A stretch of DNA of 63,552 nt, the filler included, from Octopus bimaculoides (taxonomy: Eukaryota): assembly GCF_001194135.2 (NCBI RefSeq). It is 7 parts of 7 records of this genome, joined end to end, with 100 filler letters (N's around TTAATTAATTAA, not from the genome) between each part and the next. Parts side by side here need not be neighbours in the genome. Positions count along the whole stretch, not along the records: positions 1 to 14,088 come from NC_069003.1; positions 14,189 to 19,561 come from NW_026352017.1; positions 19,662 to 31,128 come from NC_068999.1; 4 more parts are not named here. One strand, given 5' to 3'. Of the stretch, positions 11,653 through 23,539 are shown in pieces (position 1 is the stretch's first letter; each line of letters begins with the position of its first letter). The position numbers and the translations under genes were made by a program. Under the pieces are notes generated by a model. It did not search any database. It saw nothing but the letters and a program-made list of their open reading frames with translations, and was not told the DNA's origin.

Positions 11653-12018
11653 ATAAAATTAGCGCCAGTGGAACACTGGGGTCGATGTAATCAACTTACT
11701 CTCTTCCAGGAACTTGCTGGCTTTGTGCCGAAATTTTGAATTGTACAATATAGAAATAAACTAGTACTGGCATGCGTTACGTAATTATCAAGATTATGTA
11801 GCGTCAGTCGTGTTCCACAAATGACAACTGTCAATTGAAACGGATGTCGATTGCGGAAATCGACTGTCACTACATAAACCTGATGATTGTGTAACGCATG
11901 AAACTACTAGTTTATTTCTATATTGTACAATTCAAAATTTCGGCACAAAGCCAGCAAGTTCCTGGAAGAGAGTAAGTTGATTACATCGACCCCAGTGTTC
12001 CACTGGCGCTAATTTTAT
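11653..12018. repeat. 366-bp nested palindrome: perfect 114-bp outer arms around an imperfect inner palindrome of about 138 bp
   Basis: 11653-11766 is the exact reverse complement of 11905-12018. The inner halves (CATGCGTTAC...GTCAGTCG and CGACTGTC...GTAACGCATG) pair with many mismatches. Confidence 0.95.
11874..11915 (+). ncRNA. Minimal type I hammerhead-like motif inside the palindrome
   Basis: Stem I AUAAAC/GUUUAU (6 bp), CUGAUGA (11880-11886), stem II U-UGUG-UAA-CGCA-U, GAAAC-UA-CUA. One C>G change would give the palindromic stem III ACUAGU with a GUA triplet. Confidence 0.55.
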
Positions 12019-12142
12019 GGACCCCGAAAGGATGAAAGGCAAAGTCGACCACGGCGGAATTTGAACTCAGAACATAAAGGCGGACGAAATACTGCTCATC
12101 ATTTCGCTCGGCGTGCTAACGATTCTGCCAGCTCACTGACTT
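11930..12142 (-). mobile_element. SINE family A, full length
   Basis: Contains the family A core and head; its tail forms the right palindrome arm. Confidence 0.92.
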
Positions 12143-12145
12143 GAC

Positions 12146-12181
<36 letters not shown>

Positions 12182-12713
12182 AAGAATGGCTCTCATGGTT
12201 TCTGGTCTTAACTGATTGGAAGTGTTATGTACATGTTTTGTCTTGGTGTGAAAGATGGGCTTCAGCATATATGCTGCTCAATACCACAGATTTGCTTGTC
12301 AGTTGTTTGACCTTAGCCATTTGAGCATGTCCCTTAGTGGCTAACGATATGTGCATCTCTGATCACGAGCAGAAGTAGTGGGGGAGCATCATAGCCATGT
12401 GTTGAGAGGAATTCTTTGGGGTTTGAATAATTTACCTCTGGAAACATTGGTGTTTCATTCAGCATTCTTAACCACACCTTATTCTGGGACCTTTTGAACG
12501 GAATGGGCTACTCGACCTGAAGAAAATGCTAACTAGGCTGCACTTGCAAGATCATGCGCTGTTTATCTTGATATAAAGTCACAATGTCGCGCAATATGTA
12601 GCGCACATCACGGGTAGTCATGATGGGTATACTGGGTTTCGTATATTTGTACCCCAGTGTCATTTTGATGGTATGCGCTGCTCTCTCACTCAATAATAAT
12701 AATAATAATAATA
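12182..12713 (+). mobile_element. Unclassified element of about 510 bp (family F) with (AAT)n tail
   Basis: Colinear over its whole length with the reverse-complement copy at 40395-40976. Both start GGCTCT(C/T)ATGG(T/C)TT(C/T)TG(G/A)TCTTAA right after a trinucleotide tract and end CTCTCTCACTC(AAT)n. Confidence 0.85.
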
Positions 12714-14028
12714 AAGTGAAGATTAAATACATAGTGCGTGCGTTTATTGGCAGAAGGACCGTCCTTAAATATGTGGCGGGGTATATATATNNNNNNNNNN
12801 NNNNNNNNNNNNNNNNNNNNNNNNNNNNNNNNNNNNNNNNNNNNNNNNNNNNNNNNNNNNNNNNNNNNNNNNNNNNNNNNNNNNNNNNNNNNNNNNNNNN
12901 NNNNNNNNNNNNNNNNNNNNNNNNNNNNNNNNNNNNNNNNNNNNNNNNNNNNNNNNNNNNNNNNNNNNNNNNNNNNNNNNNNNNNNNNNNNNNNNNNNNN
13001 NNNNNNNNNNNNNNNNNNNNNNNNNNNNNNNNNNNNNNNNNNNNNNNNNNNNNNNNNNNNNNNNNNNNNNNNNNNNNNNNNNNNNNNNNNNNNNNNNNNN
13101 NNNNNNNNATAAACATAATTAAGGGATCAGCAAACATTTGCTTCACCACATACCGAAGTTCAGAAATAGCAGCTAAAAAAGCTGAGACTCCAACAGATAG
13201 CATTACTTGTAACTCACAAAGGCAAAAACAAGAAGAAAAAACAATGGTGTTTACATACCGAAGGGCTTGGTAAAAATTATTAATTGTTGATTTATTAATA
13301 AATTAATAAATTGATAAACCTTTACCCTTTTAATTTGTACATATATATATATATATATATACATACTGCAGTTTTCATCTACCGAATTCCATTTTTAAGG
13401 TAGGCAGTTTCATCTCATACATTAAGTTTTTGTTTATTTCATTCTTCTGCCCACCCGACTTCCTTTCTGTCTGTCTCTCTGGCTTTTTCATTCTTCCTCG
13501 TGGGCTTCATGCATTTGGTACATAGCAATAAGTAAACGAGAGAGAGGGGGGAGGAGGAGGAGGAGGAGAAGGAGGAGCGATGAAGATATTGTGATATCAC
13601 AATGATGTCACAAATTTATGATTTACTGTTGTGATTGTTTATAACTACTGCGATATAGTAATATTTTGATGTTGTGACGTTGGGGGAATGTTAAGATTTA
13701 ATAATGCTACGATCTGTCGGAAGAACGGTAAAAATATCCCAATTAGTCTCGCCATTTTTGATACAAGCAAAACGAGGGCGACCAGATCTGAGCAGTTCTC
13801 TTCTTGTCGACCAAATCACAAAATTGCAAACAAATAGAGAGATTACACTGGTTCCACTCTTGAAGAAAACAACCAAGAACTCTTATATAATTATGTTGTT
13901 ATGGCCCATTGGTTCTTTATTTTCCAAATTATTACTTTCAAGTAAACACAGAATTTTGCTTTTGATTTTTGAATTTTTGTTAGTTTCTTTTTAGTTCCGT
14001 GAGTGGGATGACGAAAGCTGCTGTTTCA

Positions 14029-14088
<60 letters not shown>

Positions 14089-14188
14089 NNNNNNNNNNNN
14101 NNNNNNNNNNNNNNNNNNNNNNNNNNNNNNNNTTAATTAATTAANNNNNNNNNNNNNNNNNNNNNNNNNNNNNNNNNNNNNNNNNNNN
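14089..14188. other. Artificial scaffold-joining spacer (44N-TTAATTAATTAA-44N)
   Basis: Exactly 100 bp with a multi-frame stop 12-mer; an identical structure occurs six times. Confidence 0.97.
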
Positions 14189-14488
14189 ATGACTGAAACA
14201 AGTAAAAGAGTAAAAGAGTATATGTGTGTATATATATAGATTGTTAAGAATTTCTAAAGTTCTGAAGAGAAGTAAAGGGAAGAAAACTGGTGAGAGAGAA
14301 AGAGAGAGGAAGAGAGAGAGAGAGAGAAACAATATGAAGGAGGAAAGAGAAGGATGAACAACAACAACAACAACAACAACAACAATTGCAACAACAGGAA
14401 CAATTGGATCAGCAACAAACGTTAACAACAGAATCGTCAGTAAAATTTCAGAAAAGGTGTGATTGAAATGTCTCAAAAGTGATTCATT

Positions 14489-14542
<54 letters not shown>

Positions 14543-14615
14543 TGTTTCTATTATAGGTAGAAGACCTGAAGTTTTGGGGGAGGGAACTATTATTGTTATT
14601 ATTTTTGTTATTACA

Positions 14616-14835
14616 AAGGCAGCGTGCTGGCAAAGTCGTTAGCACGCCGAGCAAAATGCTTATCGGTATTTCGTCTGTCTTTACGTTCTGAGTTCAAATT
14701 CCGCCGCGGTCGACTTTGCCTTTCATCCTTTCGGTGTCGATAAATTAAGTACCATTTGCGTACTGGGTCGATCTAATCGACTGGCCCCTTCTCAACAAAT
14801 TTCAGGCCTTATGCCTATAATAGAAAGGATCATTA
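14616..14835 (+). mobile_element. SINE family A, full length
   Basis: GGCAGCGTGCTGGCAAAGTCGTTAGCACGCCG...GAGTTCAAATTCCGCCGCGGTCGACTTTGCC...AATTTCAGGCCTTATGCCTATAATAGAAAGG. Confidence 0.92.
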
Positions 14836-15074
14836 TTATTGTTCAGTAGTTTTATTTTTATCACGTTCTTTTACTGCATTACCGAGCGCAGCTCTCTGTG
14901 CCTTGGGTATGTGCTGTGGTTTGCTGTGGTGCTCTTATGTTTACTGTATTGAAAGTGTTTTGCGTAGGATATGTGCTGTGCCCAGTAGTGCAATTTTCTG
15001 TATGTTATATATATTTGTAAGTCCTGGTGTCTTTGTTATGTATTTGTCTGAATATTTTTTTATTATACCTAAGG

Positions 15075-15076
<2 letters not shown>
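14832..15076 (-). mobile_element. Extreme 3' end of an R4/Dong-like (RLE) non-LTR retrotransposon, between (AAT)n tracts
   Basis: Minus frame ALGIIKKYSDKYITKTPGLTNIYNIQKIALLGTAHILRKTLSIQ*, then a short 3' UTR ending ACTACTGAACAATAATAAT. Confidence 0.85.
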
Positions 15077-15113
<37 letters not shown>

Positions 15114-15716
15114 AAGCATTTCGCTTCCCATTCGTCATCATCATNNNNNNNNNNNNNNNNNNNNNNNNNNNNNNNNNNNNNNNNNNNNNNNNNNNNNNNN
15201 NNNNNNNNNNNNNNNNNNNNNNNNNNNNNNNNNNNNNNNNNNNNNNNNNNNNNNNNNNNNNNNNNNNNNNNNNNNNNNNNNNNNNNNNNNNNNNNNNNNN
15301 NNNNNNNNNNNNNNNNNNNNNNNNNNNNNNNNNNNNNNNNNNNNNNNNNNNNNNNNNNNNNNNNNNNNNNNNNNNNNNNNNNNNNNNNNNNNNNNNNNNN
15401 NNNNNNNNNNNNNNNNNNNNNNNNNNNNNNNNNNNNNNNNNNNNNNNNNNNNNNNNNNNNNNNNNNNNNNNNNNNNNNNNNNNNNNNNNNNNNNNNNNNN
15501 NNNNNNNNNNNNNNNNNNNNNNNNNNNNNNNNNNNNNNNNNNNNNNNNNNNNNNNNNNNNNNNNNNNNNNNNNNNNNNNNNNNNNNNNNNNNNNNNNNNN
15601 NNNNNNNNNNNNNNNNNNNNNNNNNNNNNNNNNNNNNNNNNNNNNNNNNNNNNNNNNNNNNNNNNNNNNNNNNNNNNNNNNNNNNNNNNNNNNNNNNNNN
15701 NNNNNNNNNNNNNNNN

Positions 15717-15761
<45 letters not shown>

Positions 15762-16009
15762 ACGATGGAATCTCTACATAGTTGTTCACTCTACAGCGAC
15801 TAGAAAAAGCAGCTAAATTGCTCTAAATCACACCCTAAAAACGGGAGATCATATTAAAGAATGCAGTCTTCATATAGACTTCAAAATATACGTGATGGTC
15901 ACAAGGGGAATTTCTTTTTATCAACACAGACTCGAAGACATACACACACATATATATGCATACACATATATATATACATGCATTATGTGTGTGGGAGTAT
16001 GTGTGGGGG

Positions 16010-16168
16010 GATTTCGGGCTTCTTTCAGTTTCCGTCTACCAACTCCACTCATAAGGCTTTAGTCGGCCCAAGTCTATACTAGAAGATACTTGCCCAAGGT
16101 GACATGTAATGGGACTGAAGCCGAAACCATTAGGTTTAGAAGAAAGCTTCTTACCACAACCAGCCTTT
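16010..16168 (-). mobile_element. SINE family B, 5' half, decayed
   Basis: GGGCTTCTTTCAGTTTCCGTCTACCAACTCCACTCATAAGGC...ACTTGCCCAAGG matches 2548-2700. Confidence 0.88.
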
Positions 16169-18315
16169 AAAAACGATAGAACTGTCCATATTTTAGATTA
16201 AATATCCTGTAAAATACTTGAGACACAACACAATCTGCATTCTTTCTTCATTTTTTTCTTTTTTAAAAACTTCTTTGTTATTCTTTTGAATAAACGAAAC
16301 CCGAAATACAAGTTCTGCGACAGTCAAATCAAAAACAAAAAAAATAAAATAAATAAATAAATGAAATTTTCCTCCTGGGCCTGAAACGATGATAAATAGG
16401 TTTAGACCGTTGACCATACTTGTCAGGCAGCTTTTTCGTTCATTCTTTCCTCGATTTTTTTCTTCATTGTTATATTTTATTTCATTTCACTTACAAATCG
16501 CCATCTTTGCTTATGTAGGCAGACGACATTAAGACTTTCTCACCNNNNNNNNNNNNNNNNNNNNNNNNNNNNNNNNNNNNNNNNNNNNNNNNNNNNNNNN
16601 NNNNNNNNNNNNNNNNNNNNNNNNNNNNNNNNNNNNNNNNNNNNNNNNNNNNNNNNNNNNNNNNNNNNNNNNNNNNNNNNNNNNNNNNNNNNNNNNNNNN
16701 NNNNNNNNNNNNNNNNNNNNNNNNNNNNNNNNNNNNNNNNNNNNNNNNNNNNNNNNNNNNNNNNNNNNNNNNNNNNNNNNNNNNNNNNNNNNNNNNNNNN
16801 NNNNNNNNNNNNNNNNNNNNNNNNNNNNNNNNNNNNNNNNNNNNNNNNNNNNNNNNNNNNNNNNNNNNNNNNNNNNNNNNNNNNNNNNNNNNNNNNNNNN
16901 NNNNNNNNNNNNNNNNNNNNNNNNNNNNNNNNNNNNNNNNNNNNNNNNNNNNNNNNNNNNNNNNNNNNNNNNNNNNNNNNNNNNNNNNNNNNNNNNNNNN
17001 NNNNNNNNNNNNNNNNNNNNNNNNNNNNNNNNNNNNNNNNNNNNNNNNNNNNNNNNNNNNNNNNNNNNNNNNNNNNNNNNNNNNNNNNNNNNNNNNNNNN
17101 NNNNNNNNNNNNNNNNNNNNNNNNNNNNNNNNNNNNNNNNNNNNNNNNNNNNNNNNNNNNNNNNNNNNNNNNNNNNNNNNNNNNNNNNNNNNNNNNNNNN
17201 NNNNNNNNNNNNNNNNNNNNNNNNNNNNNNNNNNNNNNNNNNNNNNNNNNNNNNNNNNNNNNNNNNNNNNNNNNNNNNNNNNNNNNNNNNNNNNNNNNNN
17301 NNNNNNNNNNNNNNNNNNNNNNNNNNNNNNNNNNNNNNNNNNNNNNNNNNNNNNNNNNNNNNNNNNNNNNNNNNNNNNNNNNNNNNNNNNNNNNNNNNNN
17401 NNNNNNNACTCATGACGTCGAGACATAACAAAATGCCTGACGACAATTTGTCCAACGAGCAGACGATCTTGCCTGCTCCCCCCCCTCACCTATCCACTCT
17501 TAATATTAATCACCGTTTCCATTACCTACCCTTCTCTCTCTCTGCCATTCACCCTTTCTCTCTCTCTCTGCCTCACACACACACACATACACACAAGCGC
17601 GCGCACACACACACACACACAGACTCATACACACGTATGCTGTCCTTACTGTTTTTTCAACACCCCTTCCCTACTATTTCCTGTCAATCATTTCCTTCTT
17701 TTACTCTTCCTCTCTCCCTTTCTGTCTCTCTCTCTTTCTCTGCCTCTGCCTCTCCCTCTCTGTCCTACATCCATTAGCTCCCTCTTTTTCTTTTCGTCAT
17801 TACCTCCCTCCATTCTCCCTGTCTCTCTCTCTCTCTGCCACTTCACTCTTTGTTTCTCTCTTTCTCGTTCTCCTCCTTTCTCTATTTCTCACCTCCTCCC
17901 TCTCTCTCTCTCTCTCTCCCACTCACTTAATCTCTATTTCGACGTCCTCACACTCTACAAACCTGTCTATATTGTTTCACACTCTCTTATTCTTTCTTCA
18001 ATCACACAGAGAGAGAGAGAGAGAGAGAGTATATGCATGTGAAAGAGAGAGAGAGAGAGAGAGAGAGAGTATATGAGTGTGAAAGAGGGAGAAAGTATGC
18101 GTGTGAAAGAGAGAGAGAGTATATGCGTATGAAAGAGAGAGAGAGAGGTGGGGAGATATAAGGCGACAGAGAGAGAGAGAGAACAAAGACAGAAAGACAA
18201 AAACAGATAGAGTGGCTGTGACAGTGTGAGAAAGAACGCCACCCAAAGATACGCACACACACACACACACACACAGACGCTCACACACACATACCAACAC
18301 ATACTCCTTCTAGCT

Positions 18316-18347
<32 letters not shown>

Positions 18348-18720
18348 CGGTCTCTCATTCTCTCTTCCTCTTCTCTCATTCAAACTCCATTCTCCTCCTA
18401 CCACTCTCTCCCTGCTTTACCCACCTCCTCCTCACCCGCTTTTCTTTCCCTCCCCCCTCTGATCGTCTGTTCTATCGATTGATAAAGGCTGACAGCTCCA
18501 GCCTTTGGTCGTGGCTTGGGACTTCGATAAAAACTAACGAAGTTGTCGCAAAGACTTCTGGGAGATTTCACCAAACAACCACAACAACAACAACAACCTC
18601 CACAACAACCACAACAACAACAACAATAACGTAACACAAAGCAACACGTCCTCAGTCATTCAGTTTCATTCCTCTTCTTCTTTTCTTTCATTTTCTTTAT
18701 TTAACATTTTTCTTATTCCT

Positions 18721-19216
18721 TAATCCAGTTTCCAAGATACGAAGAGTGACTATTGTGGATTATATATACTGGATTAAGGATTAAAAAGATCTCAAATTTT
18801 CACATAGACACACACACACACACACACACACATACACAGTCACACACATACGGATAACATAAAGATATACACGCATATATATATAAATATATATACTTAT
18901 ATGTATACGTATAGCCATTGGATTAGCGATTAACAACAAAATTATAGAAGACTATTAATCCAAGTTTATTAATGTTTGTTGAGAAATCCAGCGGGATTAA
19001 CATCCACTAAATGGATATATATTGTATTTATAGATTATAAAATTCTGCAGGAATCCAATTTAATGCGACATCATATTCGGTGTATTTGCCGGTTATAGCA
19101 GTAACAGAAAATATATATCCTGGATTAACGAATATTTGGAGAGAAAAATATACGAAGATTAACAAGAACGAAGAATAATAACCAGACGGAGTTGCATATT
19201 GGATCGATTGGGATTA
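18721..19216. promoter_or_regulatory. Candidate enhancer: nine TAATCC/GGATTA (K50 homeodomain) sites
   Basis: Sites at 18721, 18757, 18771, 18778, 18920, 18956, 18994, 19122 and 19211, in otherwise non-repetitive flanks. Confidence 0.4.
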
Positions 19217-19375
19217 GCAGTTCGAATCGAGAGGAGAGAGGCATTTTAGTGATAATTACTGTCGAGGAATGAAATAAACCATGAAAGGTAAGGAATTATG
19301 AAGAACTATTAATATAATGGTTAGACTTAGGCGTTGAGTTGTCGGAGTCGTTAGCCCGTCCGGCAAAATGCTTAG

Positions 19376-19561
19376 ACTCTTTTACTCTTTTACTTGTTTC
19401 AGTCATTTGACTGCGGCCATGCTGGAGCACCGCCTTTTGGTCGAGCAAATCGACCCCAGGACTTATTCCTTGTAAGCCTAGTACTTATTCTATCGGTCTC
19501 TTTCTTTTTTTCCGAACCGCTAATGTTACGGGGACGTAAACACACCAGCATCGGTTGTCAA
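19376..19561 (-). mobile_element. SINE family B 3' half, abutting a truncated family A head (19330-19375)
   Basis: Near-identical to 2310-2490; ends at a scaffold spacer. Confidence 0.92.
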
Positions 19562-19661
19562 NNNNNNNNNNNNNNNNNNNNNNNNNNNNNNNNNNNNNNN
19601 NNNNNTTAATTAATTAANNNNNNNNNNNNNNNNNNNNNNNNNNNNNNNNNNNNNNNNNNNN
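19562..19661. other. Artificial scaffold-joining spacer
   Basis: 44N-TTAATTAATTAA-44N. Confidence 0.97.
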
Positions 19662-19675
19662 CGCTCTTCCGATCT
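19662..19675 (+). other. Untrimmed Illumina adapter remnant
   Basis: CGCTCTTCCGATCT, the Illumina adapter 3' end, is the first sequence of the contig. Confidence 0.92.
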
Positions 19676-19789
19676 CTGTTGTAATTTAGTTATCTCTAGT
19701 CCGATGATATTTCGGAATACAATTCTTTCTTTAGATATTCTTAGATGGAGACTCTGCTATTCTATCGGTTCTCTTTTGAAGAACCTCTA

Positions 19790-20432
19790 AGAGCTCTTTC
19801 TACTATAACACAAGGTCTGAAATTTGGTGGAGGGGATAAATCGGTTACATCGACCCCAGTGTTTCACTGGTATTTAATATAGCGACGCCGAAAAATAAAA
19901 AACAAAATCGACCTCGCCGGAATTTGAACTCAGAACGTAGCGGCAGAGGAAATACCGCTAAGCATTTCGCCCAGCGTACTAACGATTCTTATTTCTTTAT
20001 TGCCCACAAGGGGCTAAACATAGAGGGGACACACAAGGACAGACAAAGGGATTAAGTCGATTATATCGACCCCCAGTGCGTAACTGGTACTTAATTTATC
20101 GACCCCGAAAGGATGAAAGGCAAAGTCAACCTCGGCGGAATTTGAACCCAGAACGTAACGGCAGACGAAATACCGCTAGGCATTTCGTCCGGCGTGCTAA
20201 CGTTTCTGCCAGCTCGCTGCCTTCAAATAATTATCTTTTCTACTAGGCCTGAAATTTGGGTGAAGGGGACTAGTCGATTACATTGTCCCCAGTGTTTCAC
20301 TGGTACTTAATTTATTGACTCCCGAAAGGATGAAAGGTAATGTTAACCTTGGCGGAATTTGAACTCAGAATGTAGTGACGGGCGAAATAGCGCTAAGCAG
20401 TTCGTCCAGCGCGCTAACGATTCTGCCAGATC
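19790..20432 (-). mobile_element. Three tandem SINE family A copies with different 3' tails
   Basis: Heads end near 19990, 20222 and 20432; each has GGCGGAATTTGAAC(T/C)CAGAA on the + strand; tails differ. Confidence 0.92.
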
Positions 20433-20452
20433 GGCACTTTGTTAGTAGTAGT

Positions 20453-20496
<44 letters not shown>

Positions 20497-20539
20497 ATAA
20501 TAATAATAATAATAATGATGATGATGATGATGATGATGA

Positions 20540-20960
20540 TAATCTAGACGGGATGAAGATGGCTGAGGCGTCTTTGGCAAAAGATTCTTTTGATCGCAGA
20601 CTTATTAGGAAACTTGACTTATGAAAATCGATCTTAGGTTTGAGGTGGCTCAGAGCAGTAACAACAATAAGAACGGCGGCGACAACAACAACAACTTCAA
20701 CAATAAACTCACCTATCATTGCCGGAATGTAGGTGACACGTTTCTCATAAGTATAAGGCTTAACGATTCTGAAATTCTTAGAGATGGAAACGAAGCCAAT
20801 TAATTCCATCTTAAAATTTAATCTAAAACCCAACAATGAAATGACGTATTTAGATTTAAAAGGAGGAGAACAGAAATATGTAATATTGACAAGTTCTGGT
20901 CTTACCAATCCTAACGAAGAGATTCCATAGACTGGAATGCCAAAAGTCAGACGCAGCACA
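20540..20960 (+). mobile_element. Probable Penelope-like element remnant (N-terminal and RT fragments)
   Basis: Peptides LIRKLDL-KIDLRF (PLE N-terminal-like) and INSILKFNLKPNNEMTYLDLK (resembles the PLE RT motif LN..IKFT.E.E.N..L.FLD). A hammerhead and AATAAA lie about 450 bp downstream. Confidence 0.4.
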
Positions 20961-21001
20961 CAATAAAACTGTCCGTTATTGAAACACTCCCCAAGAGAGA
21001 G

Positions 21002-21099
<98 letters not shown>

Positions 21100-21303
21100 G
21101 GTGAGAAAGAGAGAAAAAGAGAGAAGGAAAGAGGAAGAGCTCATTCTAAGTTCACTGTAAGTTATTTTAGCGACTCTAATTAAACAATCACGAGTTATTA
21201 ATAATTATTCAAACCACCTAATTTACAAATGCACACACACACACACGTATGTACATATACATACACGTATATACATACATATACATGGGTACACATTACA
21301 ATA

Positions 21304-21358
<55 letters not shown>

Positions 21359-21373
21359 TCTGACAGTTTTGTT

Positions 21374-21427
21374 GACAAAACTGTCTGACGAACGGGAACG
21401 TGAAACCCTGCGTAACAGTCTTTTGTT
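21374..21427 (+). ncRNA. Type I hammerhead ribozyme with intact catalytic core
   Basis: Stem I ACUGU/ACAGU extended by CAAAA/UUUUG, CUGACGA (21385-21391), stem II ACG-GGAA-CGU, GAAA (21402-21405), 2-bp stem III, GUA triplet (21412-21414). AATAAA lies about 30 nt downstream. Confidence 0.75.
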
Positions 21428-21611
21428 ATATTTCAGCTGCTTTTAAATAAAGCACTTTACTCTACCCCTGGTATTTGAGTACTCTTTTTTTTCCACCTTG
21501 TTTCACATTTATGTGTTTACTCTGGTATGTGCTAACGGTGGTCCATCAGCATGGCAGCAGCTCTGAGTTGAAACTACAGCAGAAAAAACAAAACACATAT
21601 ACACATACACA

Positions 21612-21647
<36 letters not shown>

Positions 21648-22238
21648 TGTGTATTTGTGTGTGTGTGTGATTGTGTGTTTGTGTGTGTAAGACTAAGAAT
21701 TGTAAGATTGACGGAATCATATCTTTCAAAACATGGTAGTTTCTGATCTGAGTGAGGTGTAGTTGTTATTTCGAGCCGAGCTTGACGGTGTCGGTAGTGG
21801 TAGTGGGCGGTGTTAGTGGTTGTTGGGGCGATAGTAAAACATGATCGTGGGGTTCTAGTATTAGAGTTTGCTACTGTAGTGGTCGTAGTAACGGTGGTGA
21901 TGGTTCTTATTTTGTTTGAAAGCATAACAAGGTAAGCAACAAAGTGAACTTTTAGAAAAAGCACTCGACGTATTTCGCAGAGTGTAAAACAGGGGAAAAT
22001 AGATAAATTATAAATAAATTAATTAATAAATGAATAAACAAATAAATAAAATGAAAATTAATGAACTCCTAATGTCCATAGCAACAATAGCTAAGACACC
22101 GACACCATCATCATCATCAATACCATCACTACCACCGCCACTACCACCACCACCACTACTACAACTACCACTACTACTACTACTACTACTGCTGTTGCTG
22201 TTGCTGCTGCTGCTACCACCAGCACCACCACCACTACC

Positions 22239-22278
<40 letters not shown>

Positions 22279-22719
22279 GTTACTGCTGCTGCTGCTGCTG
22301 CTGCTATAGCTATTCCAACAATTAGTATTCCTGCTGGTAATGATTATAAGAATAATAACAATGTGAATGAGAAGGAAGCGGAGGAGGAGGAAATAAAGTT
22401 AAAGCGCAATAGTAAAAATGAGTAACAATGTGTGTTTATGTATATGTATATATATATANNNNNNNNNNNNNNNNNNNNNNNNNNNNNNNNNNNNNNNNNN
22501 NNNNNNNNNNNNNNNNNNNNNNNNNNNNNNNNNNNNNNNNNNNNNNNNNNNNNNNNNNNNNNNNNNNNNNNNNNNNNNNNNNNNNNNNNNNNNNNNNNNN
22601 NNNNNNNNNNNNNNNNNNNNNNNNNNNNNNNNNNNNNNNNNNNNNNNNNNNNNNNNNNNNNNNNNNNNNNNNNNNNNNNNNNNNNNNNNNNNNNNNNNNN
22701 NNNNNNNNNNNNNNNNNNN

Positions 22720-22766
<47 letters not shown>

Positions 22767-23250
22767 TATACAAACCTGCAACCTATCGAAGTTAGTCATA
22801 GCTTTATGCAAACATTGGAGGAACATAACTCTCTCTGGGATTCGCCTCACGTTTCACTTGCTGTGAATATGTCACAGCCAATAACATATCTGTAAAAAGG
22901 CTTCTAATTAGCAATTAGAAGCAACTTTCTTTTACAACTCAACACGCACACATCTAAACATGCTCGAACACATCCATGTATATATATATATGTATATATA
23001 TATATGTATATATATGTGTATGCATATATGCATATGTATGTGTGTACGTAAGCGTAGGTAATACATCTATAGTTCCGCATACACTTATGTAATTGGTGCA
23101 TTGTTTTTCCACATAAAAGTGTTTGTATCATAATTTACATAATGTTTCTTCTCCGAACTTCCCTTCCACCACCTCAAATCGAAATCTAAATCTAATCCAC
23201 GTCTCTGTCACCACTTTGCTTTTTCTCTGTCTTTCCCTCTCTCCACCTTG

Positions 23251-23281
<31 letters not shown>

Positions 23282-23501
23282 ATNNNNNNNNNNNNNNNNN
23301 NNNNNNNNNNNNNNNNNNNATATATATATATATACATTATATACATACATATATGATGTATATATTAGTATACATACATTTACAATTAATCACTCACACA
23401 CACACACGTGCACATATATTTACATGTTTAAATGCAAGTGTATGTATAACAGTTCCGTTGCCTTCTTTGCTACGTAATATTAACCCGCACGCATATCGCA
23501 T

Positions 23502-23539
<38 letters not shown>

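Noticed and set aside
13690-13994. Non-repetitive stretch with ORFs on both strands
   Set aside because: No recognisable domain or convincing splice-site pair.
16500-17470. Similar GCAGACGA motifs either side of a gap of about 860 N
   Set aside because: Too little sequence is visible to classify.
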